A DNA stretch of 41,827 bases from Candidatus Marinamargulisbacteria bacterium (GCA_964202165.1 CAXNHA010000001.1:1-41827); one strand, 5' to 3'; shown: positions 14,201-21,667, numbered from the stretch's first letter. A program made the numbers and translations. Notes: generated by a model from the sequence alone, not told the origin.

Positions 14201-17200
14201 TGGATGAGCTGTACCTACCCCTATTCTACCGGACTCATCTACCACCAACGTATTCCGATGCACATTTAATGTGGTCGTCATCAATCCACCGGTCACAACC
14301 ACTCTATTTGCTGACACCGTCCCTCTCACATTCAACTCATAATCAAGGACATCTGGATTGGTGATCCCAATGCCAATCCTAGGCCTGTTGACATTGTTGA
14401 CTAGCTTGGACATGGCAACAAGAGACCCCTTATCCACATCCAGCCGAGGAACCGTGAGCCCACCTGTTAGGTTAAAATAATTGGCAGAGACCGTTCCATT
14501 GACTTCCAGCTCTGCTTTTGGTGTCAGCGTACCGATACCCACGTTGCCACCCTTAAAAATTGCCGCATATTTGGCACCTGTTTCTTTGACATTCACAGAG
14601 GCCACATCCACAAACAAACCAATGGCCTGTGCATTGTTCAACAATTGTGTGCCAGGTTTTGACTTTATGACAATATCCATCCCTTTTACTTGGATAGGGG
14701 TTGTGATGTTTCCCCAATTGTTGTTGATATTGACCAAGAGGTTTTCAGCAGAAAAACCATTGATTTCCCTCAAGTTACCATCATGTGTCAGCATTGCCTC
14801 CAAAGCCAAGGCAGCATTATCCGCACTGATAGACGTCGTAACCTGCACGGATCCTTGGGGCAAATTGATACGCCGTGCCACAACACTTCCTGATACAAGC
14901 AGCTGTTTTTGATCTTTTTTCCATTGGATAGAGGTTTCTCCCAAGCTCGAACTATCGACCCAAAATGCAAGGTTGCCCGTTGCCCCAGAACCCCGTTGAA
15001 GGGGAGAAGAAATCACTTTAACATGGGCAAGGTCTGTCGAATTAACATACTTCAACTCCCCGTCTTCCACATACAGTCTGCCTTCATTATTTTGAGCATT
15101 TACTTTTTGATCAGCCAATTTGAGCATATTAGTCCGCAGATTACCTTCCAAGTTTAGAGAAAGAGGCCCATCTGTTTGAAACGTATCAACAACAATCCCA
15201 CCTTTAACTTCTAGTTTTTGAGATGGATTGGATATGCCAATACCCACATTGCCAGATGTATAGTAGATATTTGTACCCGATGTTTTCCAAGGATTTGGCT
15301 TTTCTATAAATTCTTGCCCCCCAATAAACAACCGATCCGTATTCACTGCACCCCCTACCAACACCCGATAGATACTAGAGGTATTGGATGTCCCAATCGC
15401 CAAATTGCCAGACACAATGACATTGCCACTCACATGCAACAACGCTTTGGGTGGCATCAGTCCTGTGCCAATACCTACAGAAGCATCAGAAATCGCAAGA
15501 GCCGGATTTTTGACCAATCCTCCCCCCGAATTAATGGTAAACAGATGCCCCGTCTTCGTAGAATTTGAAGTCACCCCAAGCGTATATAAATCCACATTGT
15601 TGAGATCAAAGGTAATCACAGGAATATTTTTGCTAGGATTCATGTTGGACAACGTCAACAAATTACTCGGCGTGGTTGTCCCAATTCCTACCTTGCCATT
15701 GGACCGAAACGTATTGCCCCCATTTTTGTCTGGATCAGCCCACGGAGACCCTGGATTGGGTTGTAAGGTAATCGTCGCCTGAGGGTTGTTTTTATCCACC
15801 AATTTAAATTCGGTCCCTTGAATACCTCCTTTTACAACCAACACACTGTTTGGAGGAAATTGGTAGCCAGTTGTGACCCCAATCCCCACATTGCCAGAAG
15901 CTGTTACAAGGATCGCTGCTGTCGGACTAGCGTACGGCAACACTGCAAAAATATTACCCGTTGTCTTGTTATGTTTGATGGTCACAAATCCAGATTGTGC
16001 CGTTGTACCAAACCCAATAGGGCCTCCTACTACAGCAAGCTTCATAGCACCAGGCCTCGTTGTTCCGATCCCCACACCGCCCGCTACGTTGACAGCCAAT
16101 GCCTCATTATTGTTGTTGCCCACCATGCGCATGATCAAATCCGAAGAAGATCCTGTTTTAGAAACCGTCAATGCAACACCCTGGGTTTGAGTTGTATTAA
16201 TACCCACCCCATTCTGTGCTCGGATCAGAAATTGATTGGGTCCGGTTGACTCAAAAGGCGTAGAAGGAACCGTATAATCCGACCACACAAAACTACCCGC
16301 GTGCTTTGCCTTTGCCCGATTGCCAGCCGCAAAGCTATAGTCTCCAGCAGCACTGTTTTCTAGCCCGCCTGGCACTGTCGCATATTTGCCAGTTGCTTCG
16401 TTTTTAAACCCTCCCGCAACCGTGGCGCCTTCCCCCGTCACAAGAGGAGAATAGCCCATTCCTACAGAATACTTGCCAAGCTTAGATTGGTCCCACTGAT
16501 CAAATAAGACATATCCTGCCCGAAATGCCGACTTACCAGGATACCAAATCAACTTAGAACCAGCGCCTGTTTCAAGCAAGGGTTCGGCACTATCCAATTG
16601 CCCGCTAAATACCACACCCGAGTTGCCACTCACCTGCAAGGTAGCACTTGGAGATCCAATTCCGATACCCAATTTTCCTCCATTAAAGGAAAATACTGGC
16701 GTTTTGAGATCGCTTCCTTTTGAGATAACAAAGGCATCTTGGTTTTTAGCATCCACCCCCAAGGTAAACAAACTTGTCCCTCCGATGCTAAATCCAATCG
16801 CCGCATTTTGACTCACACTGGCCAATTCCAATAAGTTGCGGGGTTCAGCAGTACCGATACCCACATTCCCCAAGTCATAAAACAACCGAGGCCTCGCCGC
16901 ATTGCTTTCAAGATACCAAAAACTTCCTGTAGAAAATGCCTTGTTCAAGGGCTGCCCATTCACTCTAAAATCTTGAGCATCCACAATACCTTTGACTTGC
17001 AAAGCCTGAGAAGGCAGAGATGTCCCAATTCCAACATGGGTATCGTCAACATACAACATGGAGCCACCTTTTACGTCTCTTACCGAAAGCAAGGTGCGTC
17101 CTGAAGCATCTCCTCGAATATCGAGATGGGCCTGAGGATCTGATGTGCCAATACCAAGAGAGGCTACATCTGTTTTCCAAACCAATTTTTCTGCTCCTAA

Positions 17201-18241
17201 CAGCTGTTTGTCCCCAGTCCAAATCGCAATCTGGCTATTGCGACCACTACCGCCAACCCCTATCAACGACCGCCAACCTTGAGATGTATACCCCTGAAAA
17301 TCTCCATTTATATATTGAATGGTTCCCAATTGAGGCGTTTGTGCAACTGCTTTTGAGATGCGAATCGCACCGTTGACATCCAATTTTTCCACTGGATCAG
17401 ACACCCCTATCCCGATAAATCCTGCATTTGGCAAAGAGCCATCATCAAAATAAATATGTTTGCCAATACCCGATTTCCAAGCCAGTTCTGCCTTTAGTTG
17501 ATCGGATAAATTAACCCCATTAATGCGATATTCTCTGGCATTAACTGTTCCTACAATCTCAAAGGCATATTGTGGTGTTGCAGTTCCAATGCCTACTTTC
17601 CCTGCATTGTAGTAGATCGTGGTGCCTAGCTTTTTCCAAGACAACGCCGACTCCACATCTTCTCCGTTTATCCGAAATCCTTGCGCATTAATAACACCTA
17701 CAACATCCAAGGGATACTGCGGAGATGCTGTACCAATCCCAACCCGCCCCTGCTCCGCTTTCACCACAAACGCATTGGCATTGACATAGACATTAGATTT
17801 AATATCAACAGTAGGAAAAGTCCCCACAACCTTGGCGGCATCCACAAGCATGACGGACTCTGCAATACGAGACTGAATAGCATATGGCGTAGAAGGGATA
17901 GGAAATGATGCAACCCCATTCATATTGGTAACAGACACAATAAACCGAGGATTGGTACAATTAAACATCTCTTCGTCGATCAGTTTTTTGGGATCTGTAC
18001 CCAAAATAATGCTAAAAGCCCCGCCCACAAACAACACTTGTTTAGGTCCTGATGTCCATTTTTGTTGCACCCCATCATAGAGGCTGATAACAATTTCTCT
18101 ACGTCCTTCCAAAGGGGTTCCTGTTTTACTCCCCAGTGTTGCTTGAAACGCCACCATCATAGGGGTGGTGCCGGCCAACAACAGGGTGGTGCCGGAAAGA
18201 ATACTTACAACCAATACCATCATCCATTTTTTAAATTTCAC
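7697..18241 (-). CDS. Giant secreted repeat protein (3,514 aa), tail-fibre-like surface fibre or adhesin
   Basis: One uninterrupted 10,545-nt ORF. The GTG start has GAGGA 6 nt upstream. The N-terminus MKFKKWMMVLVVSILSGTTLLLAG looks like a signal peptide. About 35 copies of G-x-[VI]-G-[IVM]-G-[TVI]-x-x-P-x-x-x-L-x-[VI]-x-G are present. The composition is Gly/Ser/Thr/Asn/Val-rich, and the protein ends in a DYAEY domain plus coiled coil. Confidence 0.85.
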   Translation of the reverse strand: MKFKKWMMVLVVSILSGTTLLLAGTTPMMVAFQATLGSKTGTPLEGRREIVISLYDGVQQKWTSGPKQVLFVGGAFSIILGTDPKKLIDEEMFNCTNPRFIVSVTNMNGVASFPIPSTPYAIQSRIAESVMLVDAAKVVGTFPTVDIKSNVYVNANAFVVKAEQGRVGIGTASPQYPLDVVGVINAQGFRINGEDVESALSWKKLGTTIYYNAGKVGIGTATPQYAFEIVGTVNAREYRINGVNLSDQLKAELAWKSGIGKHIYFDDGSLPNAGFIGIGVSDPVEKLDVNGAIRISKAVAQTPQLGTIQYINGDFQGYTSQGWRSLIGVGGSGRNSQIAIWTGDKQLLGAEKLVWKTDVASLGIGTSDPQAHLDIRGDASGRTLLSVRDVKGGSMLYVDDTHVGIGTSLPSQALQVKGIVDAQDFRVNGQPLNKAFSTGSFWYLESNAARPRLFYDLGNVGIGTAEPRNLLELASVSQNAAIGFSIGGTSLFTLGVDAKNQDAFVISKGSDLKTPVFSFNGGKLGIGIGSPSATLQVSGNSGVVFSGQLDSAEPLLETGAGSKLIWYPGKSAFRAGYVLFDQWDQSKLGKYSVGMGYSPLVTGEGATVAGGFKNEATGKYATVPGGLENSAAGDYSFAAGNRAKAKHAGSFVWSDYTVPSTPFESTGPNQFLIRAQNGVGINTTQTQGVALTVSKTGSSSDLIMRMVGNNNNEALAVNVAGGVGIGTTRPGAMKLAVVGGPIGFGTTAQSGFVTIKHNKTTGNIFAVLPYASPTAAILVTASGNVGIGVTTGYQFPPNSVLVVKGGIQGTEFKLVDKNNPQATITLQPNPGSPWADPDKNGGNTFRSNGKVGIGTTTPSNLLTLSNMNPSKNIPVITFDLNNVDLYTLGVTSNSTKTGHLFTINSGGGLVKNPALAISDASVGIGTGLMPPKALLHVSGNVIVSGNLAIGTSNTSSIYRVLVGGAVNTDRLFIGGQEFIEKPNPWKTSGTNIYYTSGNVGIGISNPSQKLEVKGGIVVDTFQTDGPLSLNLEGNLRTNMLKLADQKVNAQNNEGRLYVEDGELKYVNSTDLAHVKVISSPLQRGSGATGNLAFWVDSSSLGETSIQWKKDQKQLLVSGSVVARRINLPQGSVQVTTSISADNAALALEAMLTHDGNLREINGFSAENLLVNINNNWGNITTPIQVKGMDIVIKSKPGTQLLNNAQAIGLFVDVASVNVKETGAKYAAIFKGGNVGIGTLTPKAELEVNGTVSANYFNLTGGLTVPRLDVDKGSLVAMSKLVNNVNRPRIGIGITNPDVLDYELNVRGTVSANRVVVTGGLMTTTLNVHRNTLVVDESGRIGVGTAHPQGQLDIKTEINDVKTGDVISQKIDLSIDAARPGNVFYLNNNIRGLDILFQSFDQSNILAANATGIRINVSSLNVQANSKVTGLDIDVSGTTGKRVAAIFNGGFVGIGTTRPQYALDVVGTLNVTNLRLRGNFESSKAIFDRLVVNQAATFNGTVTVNQLVVLKEITADSLRILSGLSAPVATFSTINATVARFSGDVIAGQLEVQNLLLANKAVFSQGVGIGTTSPASGLRVSGNFSTTSLVVTDALVLESATFNIRDPLVGTSYLVVGGSSGRVGIGTDKPLSKLHLEYGGAQVLPFDPANTDSWNALRIQTKSNVEKVGTGILLIPDDTVPSASVGSGILAVRASSFSGLPSSHLVFVTDPVNGPSKESMRIAHDGNVGIGVVNPTSKLDVNGTMRVSGNLVVLGNLQVPKLVGSGVGLVISANGLVKIDGNVSSNREMVFSKGLYLKRMATPPPALSGYGGLYVSAVDNHLYYQRPGQGFPINVSSAFFGRAMSIPYFGASGSLSDDAPLFWDSNMSKFTIGTANRLTRFEVGVTLNASVVDNLSAQTIYLGFQDRSNVSNSSGRVYTGLSVQFAGINPADPTGFGRLADGETAIGLYVDMTRLSAQQYTSSGKLEKGKKYAALFSGGSVGMGTSSPEAALHVVSNPGMAPFRVDGTGPGLAYALSIPQSGHVGIGVSNPVAKLTVLGETSDASKSAFTILNSALNPIMVVRNDGYVGIGKASPSSELDVNGTVSANVGIFDTMAARKLDIGDGKFVVTSSGNIGIGTALPSDNVNVHLVKKLDSNSQSQGYTAQKFEVTLGETRPNTQFFFDQNITGLDLAIKTVPGSVFGQAGQVVRATGVSINLSDMVLGSSASATGLYVDVSGTTGTRRAAIFLGGSVGIGVIQPQSMLHVNGDVRASKLFLSGGIEVTSATFNTLTVSNRVNFDGGVTVNTLYAKTVSVNAMRIRGVLTVATGSFSTINATSLASFSTLSVGKTSPPVKPYAMEVVGNVYVQGAMTIDDQLTVSRITGLTTKGMSITMDNTLAVKGDVSVTGSVRLNSGLLLTKMASPPVPDARAGILYVDPVGQLNYMYPSGGSGPKGVAKITQSLAGMPKKIPFYGKDGNLSSSANLSWDPDAQTFSVGTANQLVQLNIASTPNTAAVGDIYGQRIQMNFTDRAGNLASTGIFKGMAIQFSGSNPSDPFQFGRLGENETAIGLEVDMTTVRAKQSTTETLPSDQNKTGYKYAALFMGGHVGMGTTQPRASLHVINESLTDSPFRVDAKDTTGAILPYALTVTNRGYVGIGTPSPDAKLTIKAKSSIAGDSVLHVLTSAKKTILFARNDGHIGITTSNVPNAQLTIASDSSIDPFRIYGANNSAFVFDKKGFLGVGTMTPSASLHVVGSGTVPLFQVDSVAKKNVFFVGSDGMVGIGTSSPIYPLSVEGVVFSGSFISQGFSDASVTSIGQDSKGFLVASKGGNSSLFFGINTLSGGSMPTLWSSSTRNMTFQFLSASNQVTNVMSFSPDGRVGISKADMYPSANLHIKSTESTGTIFKIQSVGLNGSLPKDAFVVSAKDGYVGVGTSLPSTNLHVKGALMATSIQVTSGDISISTLNLTGTLKSFLTVNTDTKAVTGQVVAVTVANDMTSDVTGVGITLAADTYTKYGRPYSVYNGATSTGLRVDVTGVGATVLNGYDGSRVAADFIGGYVGIGISNPLAPLHVVARDLGNSTPTDIARFGLTDGSGIFLKGYGNGKMGFSVQDSSQTSAVGLVVQAAGASGRVGIGLTDPSETLHINGDMRLGRVFAATSPQSPVAYGSVLYFSGGPDMSSSYNSDNGVPLWMTRYNSKDMQSELRVGIGKNLSSASQPSRFAVGYTGDGSVGSDFKPVFQVNTTGNVGISNGIDTAFVPLARLHVRGDTVDKSDRLSSHAMIIQTQGQGADALALYNLNGTPGNTTYMSFYYGPSPQNKAGAIVGTDSTVGTSRYGVSYTTSAKDYAEYLQRQVASEVIQKGDLVGVYNGKVSKSTRFAQHIMVKSTAPGVVGNWPGSAKEKDYELIAFFGQVPVAVRGIVHQGDYIVPSGREDGTGVAVSPKAIQMEQIPFIVGTAWEESSAGSQDVAHVLTAVGFAFSTPDLVPHLDQVRQTENALKDLQAQRTKMQTDFQHTYKEQQAEIQAILGRLDALKK
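10460..15130 (-). repeat. Protein-level super-repeats inside the giant ORF: alternating modules B0-A1-B1-A2-B2 (boundaries approximate)
   Basis: A modules lie at about 14230-13600 and 11900-11260. Both contain ...TGL[DY][IV]DVSGTTG[KT]R[VR]AAIF.GG.VGIG... followed by ...ATFN..TV.....F[ND]G.VTVN.L........S.... B modules lie at about 15130-14500, 12865-12290 and 11065-10460. They run from ...G.LYV.....L.Y... to ...GRL..GETAIGL.VDM.......KYAA[LI]F.GG.VG[MI]GT. Confidence 0.6.
18146..18241 (-). other. Predicted Sec signal peptide of the giant protein (about the first 32 codons)
   Basis: There is a positively charged n-region (MKFKK), a hydrophobic core (WMMVLVVSILSGTTLLLAG), and small residues (TTPMMVAFQA). 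I cannot determine the cleavage site by eye. Confidence 0.55.
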
Positions 18242-18315
18242 GGTTTTTCCTCAAAAAATGACCTATCTTTAATAGGCTCTATCGTTTGTTTCAAGCCAAA
18301 ACTTGCACACATGTT

Positions 18316-18918
18316 TTACAAAATACCCATCAATCCAGATAGAATAGGGGCCAAAATCCATTGCATAACCAACGAAAAAAAACCAAAATAAGCCAAAGCA
18401 AAAATGATTAAAAAGCCATATGGCTCTATGCGATCCAAGGCATGTCGCAGAGCATCTGTGCCAAAATAAGCCAGGATACGAGAGCCATCCAATGGTGGTA
18501 TAGGAAACAAATTAAACAACCCCAACAACAAATTAATTTGAATAAAATAAGGCATCCATATCCACATCCAGGTTTGATCCACTACCTTCAAGAGCATCAC
18601 CCCTACAATAGCCATAAAAAAATTGGCAATCGGACCTGCAAGAGCCACCCACATCAAGGCTTGGCGGGGCCTGTGAAAATACCGACTCTGCACCGGCACA
18701 GGTTTGGCCCACCCAAAGAAAACTTGAGACCCTGATACAAGGGCCAACAAAGGCAATAACACAGACCCCACCGGATCAAGATGAACAATGGGATTTAAAG
18801 ACAACCGACCCGCTTGTTTAGCCGTAGGATCACCCAACCAATAGGCCATCCATCCATGGGATAGTTCATGAACAATGATACAAACCAACAACACCACAAA
18901 CTGTAAAAAAATAATCAT
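18316..18918 (-). CDS. Site-2 protease family (peptidase M50) intramembrane metalloprotease, small form
   Basis: An HExxH motif sits in a TM helix (IIVHELSHGWMAYWLGDPTA), followed by NPIVHLDPVGS and LFNLFPIPPLDGSRIL. The ORF track begins at 19023. The start MIIFLQF at 18918 gives an ATGA overlap with the xer stop and removes a 35-aa extension lying inside xer. Confidence 0.8.
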   Translation of the reverse strand: MIIFLQFVVLLVCIIVHELSHGWMAYWLGDPTAKQAGRLSLNPIVHLDPVGSVLLPLLALVSGSQVFFGWAKPVPVQSRYFHRPRQALMWVALAGPIANFFMAIVGVMLLKVVDQTWMWIWMPYFIQINLLLGLFNLFPIPPLDGSRILAYFGTDALRHALDRIEPYGFLIIFALAYFGFFSLVMQWILAPILSGLMGIL

Positions 18919-19799
18919 CGCCGAACAGCCCTCGGATGTGCTCTCTGATACATAGTTTTGACCTTTTCTCTTGTCAAATGGGTATACAGCTGTGTTGTGG
19001 TAATATCTGCATGACCAAGCCATGATTGCACTTCTCTCAGGTTGACTTCTTTTTCCAAAAGATGTGACGCAAAACTATGCCGAAACAAATGCGGATAGAC
19101 TTCCATGGACAATCCCATTTTTTTTCCATGCGACCGCAACATTCTAAAGACAGATTGCCTAGACAATCCCCTCCCAGCTCTGTTTAAAAACACCTTTTCC
19201 TCATGAGAAGACCGACAAAGCACGCCTCTTTCCCGATCAAGATACCGACGGATCGCCATGATCGCACAAGATCCTACTGGCACCTGGCGTTGTTTGCCCC
19301 GTTTTCCCCATACCGTTACCACCGAGGCCTCTATATCCAGTTGAGAGAGCAACAACGCACAGCACTCTGACACCCGAAGCCCGCAAGCATACAACAATTC
19401 TGCAATAGCGCGGTCTCTGTCTGGGAAAGCCGACTCAAACCTCTGATCAAGAAACAAAGCAATATCGTGGATAGACAATATTTTTGGCAATGTTTGGGAC
19501 ATTTTTGGAATAGCAACCCACTCTTCGACAGAAGAAGTCGTCAGCCCTTCATTCCTGCAAAAAACCAAAAAAGACCGTATCGCTGAGAGTTTTCGTCGAA
19601 CCGTTGCAGGTGCATAGCGCCGTGCATCCATCCACATCACATAAGCATCCATCTGCGCCTGATTAACAGGATTTTTGCCAAGAAACTGACGCCACTGTTC
19701 GAGATCAGACCCATACGCTCCAATCGTATGAGAGGAGGCCCCTCGCTCTACTTGAAGTCCCCACAAATACTCTTGGACAACCTCTTTTGCAACTATCAT
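18915..19799 (-). CDS. XerC/XerD-family tyrosine site-specific recombinase
   Basis: 294-aa ORF with the C-terminal catalytic region HLFRHSFASHLLEKEVNLREVQSWLGHADITTTQLYTH and the upstream ARG motif (YACGLRVSE). I see no flanking repeats or phage genes, so it is probably the chromosome-dimer-resolution enzyme. Confidence 0.88.
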   Translation of the reverse strand: MIVAKEVVQEYLWGLQVERGASSHTIGAYGSDLEQWRQFLGKNPVNQAQMDAYVMWMDARRYAPATVRRKLSAIRSFLVFCRNEGLTTSSVEEWVAIPKMSQTLPKILSIHDIALFLDQRFESAFPDRDRAIAELLYACGLRVSECCALLLSQLDIEASVVTVWGKRGKQRQVPVGSCAIMAIRRYLDRERGVLCRSSHEEKVFLNRAGRGLSRQSVFRMLRSHGKKMGLSMEVYPHLFRHSFASHLLEKEVNLREVQSWLGHADITTTQLYTHLTREKVKTMYQRAHPRAVRR

Positions 19800-20338
19800 G
19801 CCAAACGAGCTTTAAGCAACTGAATCCCCAACAGGGTTTTTAAGTCTTCAACAAGTCCATCAGCCACCCATGTTTCTAAAACCTCCAAGAAGAGAGACTG
19901 CACAACAATCTCTTCATCCGGACCATCGGTATGAGGCTGACCTTGTGTAAGATCAGTTGCTAAGAAAAAATGGAGGTATTCATTGGTAAATCCAGGTGCA
20001 GAATATCCGCCCCCTAACGGGTACCAACACGTCGCACTCAACCCCGTTTCTTCATGAAGTTCACGCTTGGCCCCTTCCAGGGGATCTTCTTGTTTATTCA
20101 AGAGCCCTGCGGGAAATTCCCATAGCAATTTTTTGATCGGAAATCTGTATTGCTGGACAAGATAGACAGTGGGATTGGATATAGCGAGACTATCGATAGG
20201 AATAATAACAACAGCAGGATCGTGAAGAATCATATCCCGTTTTATCCGAAATCCAGACTCCAGTTGAATATCCTCTTGATAAGCCTTAAAAATTGGCCCG
20301 TCATATAAAGTGGTAGATTGGATACAGTGGCTATTCAT
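19796..20338 (-). CDS. NUDIX hydrolase (ADP-ribose pyrophosphatase-like)
   Basis: 180-aa ORF with the Nudix box GLLNKQEDPLEGAKRELHEETG. It has a 4-nt ATGA overlap with xer. Confidence 0.85.
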   Translation of the reverse strand: MNSHCIQSTTLYDGPIFKAYQEDIQLESGFRIKRDMILHDPAVVIIPIDSLAISNPTVYLVQQYRFPIKKLLWEFPAGLLNKQEDPLEGAKRELHEETGLSATCWYPLGGGYSAPGFTNEYLHFFLATDLTQGQPHTDGPDEEIVVQSLFLEVLETWVADGLVEDLKTLLGIQLLKARLA

Positions 20339-20423
20339 AATTACTGTGATGGCTATTGTACAGGGTACGCCTGTAAAATAAAGCCCCCTACACGAAAAAC
20401 TGTGGACAAGATAAAATGACCGT

Positions 20424-20651
20424 ATGGCAAACCCACTTTTTCAAGTCAAAGAAAATGCGCCTGGTTTGTTTTTTGTAGATGAGACCTGTATCGCCTGCGA
20501 TACGTGTGGCGGGATTTCACCGCAGCATTTTTGCCTCACAAATTCTTGTAGCCATGCTTATGTACAGATTCAACCCACAACCCCCGACCAGATTGCTGCA
20601 TGCAATCAAGCCATGAAAAAATGCCCTGTCCAGGCAATAGGGACCCAATAA
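20424..20651 (+). CDS. Small single-cluster ferredoxin
   Basis: 75-aa ORF with CIACDTC plus the distal CPVQAI (C-x2-C-x2-C...CP pattern). Its TAA overlaps the nadA ATG by 1 nt. Confidence 0.7.
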   Translation: MANPLFQVKENAPGLFFVDETCIACDTCGGISPQHFCLTNSCSHAYVQIQPTTPDQIAACNQAMKKCPVQAIGTQ

Positions 20652-21667
20652 TGGACATCTTTACACCGCAAAGCGTGTACGACGCACTTCAATACGTGAC
20701 TTTAGGGGGATCTACCTGTGCATTTACCTTCGAAAAATGCGAAGAAATCGCACCACTCCTCTGCACAATCGCAGACCTTAAAAAATCAAAAAACGCCGTA
20801 TTATTGGCCCATTCTTATGTAAGTCCAGAAATTTTATTGGTAGCCGATTTTGTGGGAGATTCTTTTGAATTAAGCAAACACGCCCAATCTACAACTGCCC
20901 AAACCATTGTGTTTAGTGCTGTCAAATTTATGGCGGAAACCGCAAAAATTTTAAATCCAACCAAAACCGTGTTAATTCCAAATGCCAATAACGGCTGTTC
21001 TTTGGCCGATTCTATTACAGAAGCCCAGGTGCGTGACCTAAGAGAGGCTTATCCAGGCCACACATTTGTGTGTTATATCAACACCTCTGCGGGCGTAAAA
21101 TCTCTCTGCGATGTGTGTGTCACCTCTTCCAACGTAAGTCGCATTATTGAAGCGATTCCCAACGAAAACATTTATTTTTTACCCGACAAACTCATGGCGC
21201 AAAATGTTGCCAACGACCTGGCAAAAAAAGGCATCCAAAAATCACTACGCTGGTGGGATGGCACCTGTTATGTGCACGAAGAGCTCGATCCAGACCTCAT
21301 CGATTATATGCGCCTCCAACATCCCCACTTGGAAGTTGTCAGTCATCCAGAATGTTCCCCTGCAATCTTGGCAAAATCAGACTATGTCGGAAGCACATCT
21401 CAGATGATCGCTCATGTCAACAACACCCATTCCCCAGCTTACTTTTTGCTCACAGAATGTGGTTTGTCGAGCCGCTTACAGCTCGAAAGCCCCCACAAAA
21501 AATTTGTAGGGAGTTGTAGCATCTGCAAATATATGAAATCCAACACCCTCCAAGACATTGTTCGTGTGCTTCAATCTCCTCAAGATAAGGACATCATCAC
21601 ATTAGAAACCGCTGTTATAGAGGGGGCTCTGGCCTGTCTTGAAAAGATGTTTGAGTATGCAACATGA
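20651..21667 (+). CDS. nadA: Quinolinate synthase A
   Basis: NadA-type sequence (LLAHSYVSPEI, VKFMAETAKILNP, NNGCSLAD, YINTSA, HPECSP, GSTSQMI). The ORF track starts at 20600 inside the ferredoxin gene. MDIFTPQS at 20651 is the likely start. Confidence 0.9.
   Translation: MDIFTPQSVYDALQYVTLGGSTCAFTFEKCEEIAPLLCTIADLKKSKNAVLLAHSYVSPEILLVADFVGDSFELSKHAQSTTAQTIVFSAVKFMAETAKILNPTKTVLIPNANNGCSLADSITEAQVRDLREAYPGHTFVCYINTSAGVKSLCDVCVTSSNVSRIIEAIPNENIYFLPDKLMAQNVANDLAKKGIQKSLRWWDGTCYVHEELDPDLIDYMRLQHPHLEVVSHPECSPAILAKSDYVGSTSQMIAHVNNTHSPAYFLLTECGLSSRLQLESPHKKFVGSCSICKYMKSNTLQDIVRVLQSPQDKDIITLETAVIEGALACLEKMFEYAT

Noticed and set aside
8513-17908. Dozens of 60-143-aa plus-strand ORFs inside the giant gene, many containing repeated VPIPT / IPIPTLPP strings
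   Set aside because: They are the antisense reading of the repeated VGIGT-encoding DNA (GGNATTGGNAC read backwards gives PIP). They have no Shine-Dalgarno sequences or consistent starts and sit in several different frames. The 3,514-codon minus-strand frame is the only coherent one.
18260-18278. Hairpin CCTAT-TAAAG-ATAGG followed by a T-run, as a terminator between the M50 gene and the giant ORF
   Set aside because: The stem is only 5-6 AT-rich base pairs, and the T-run is part of the Shine-Dalgarno-proximal leader of the giant ORF. This is too weak to call. Read-through and an internal promoter both remain possible.
18915-21667. Alternative genetic code (UGA recoded, as in some reduced-genome lineages)
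   Set aside because: TGA terminates xerC/D (18915-18917), nadA (21665-21667) and uvrC (35069-35071) at positions that match normal protein lengths and ATGA junctions. The standard code 11 therefore fits.
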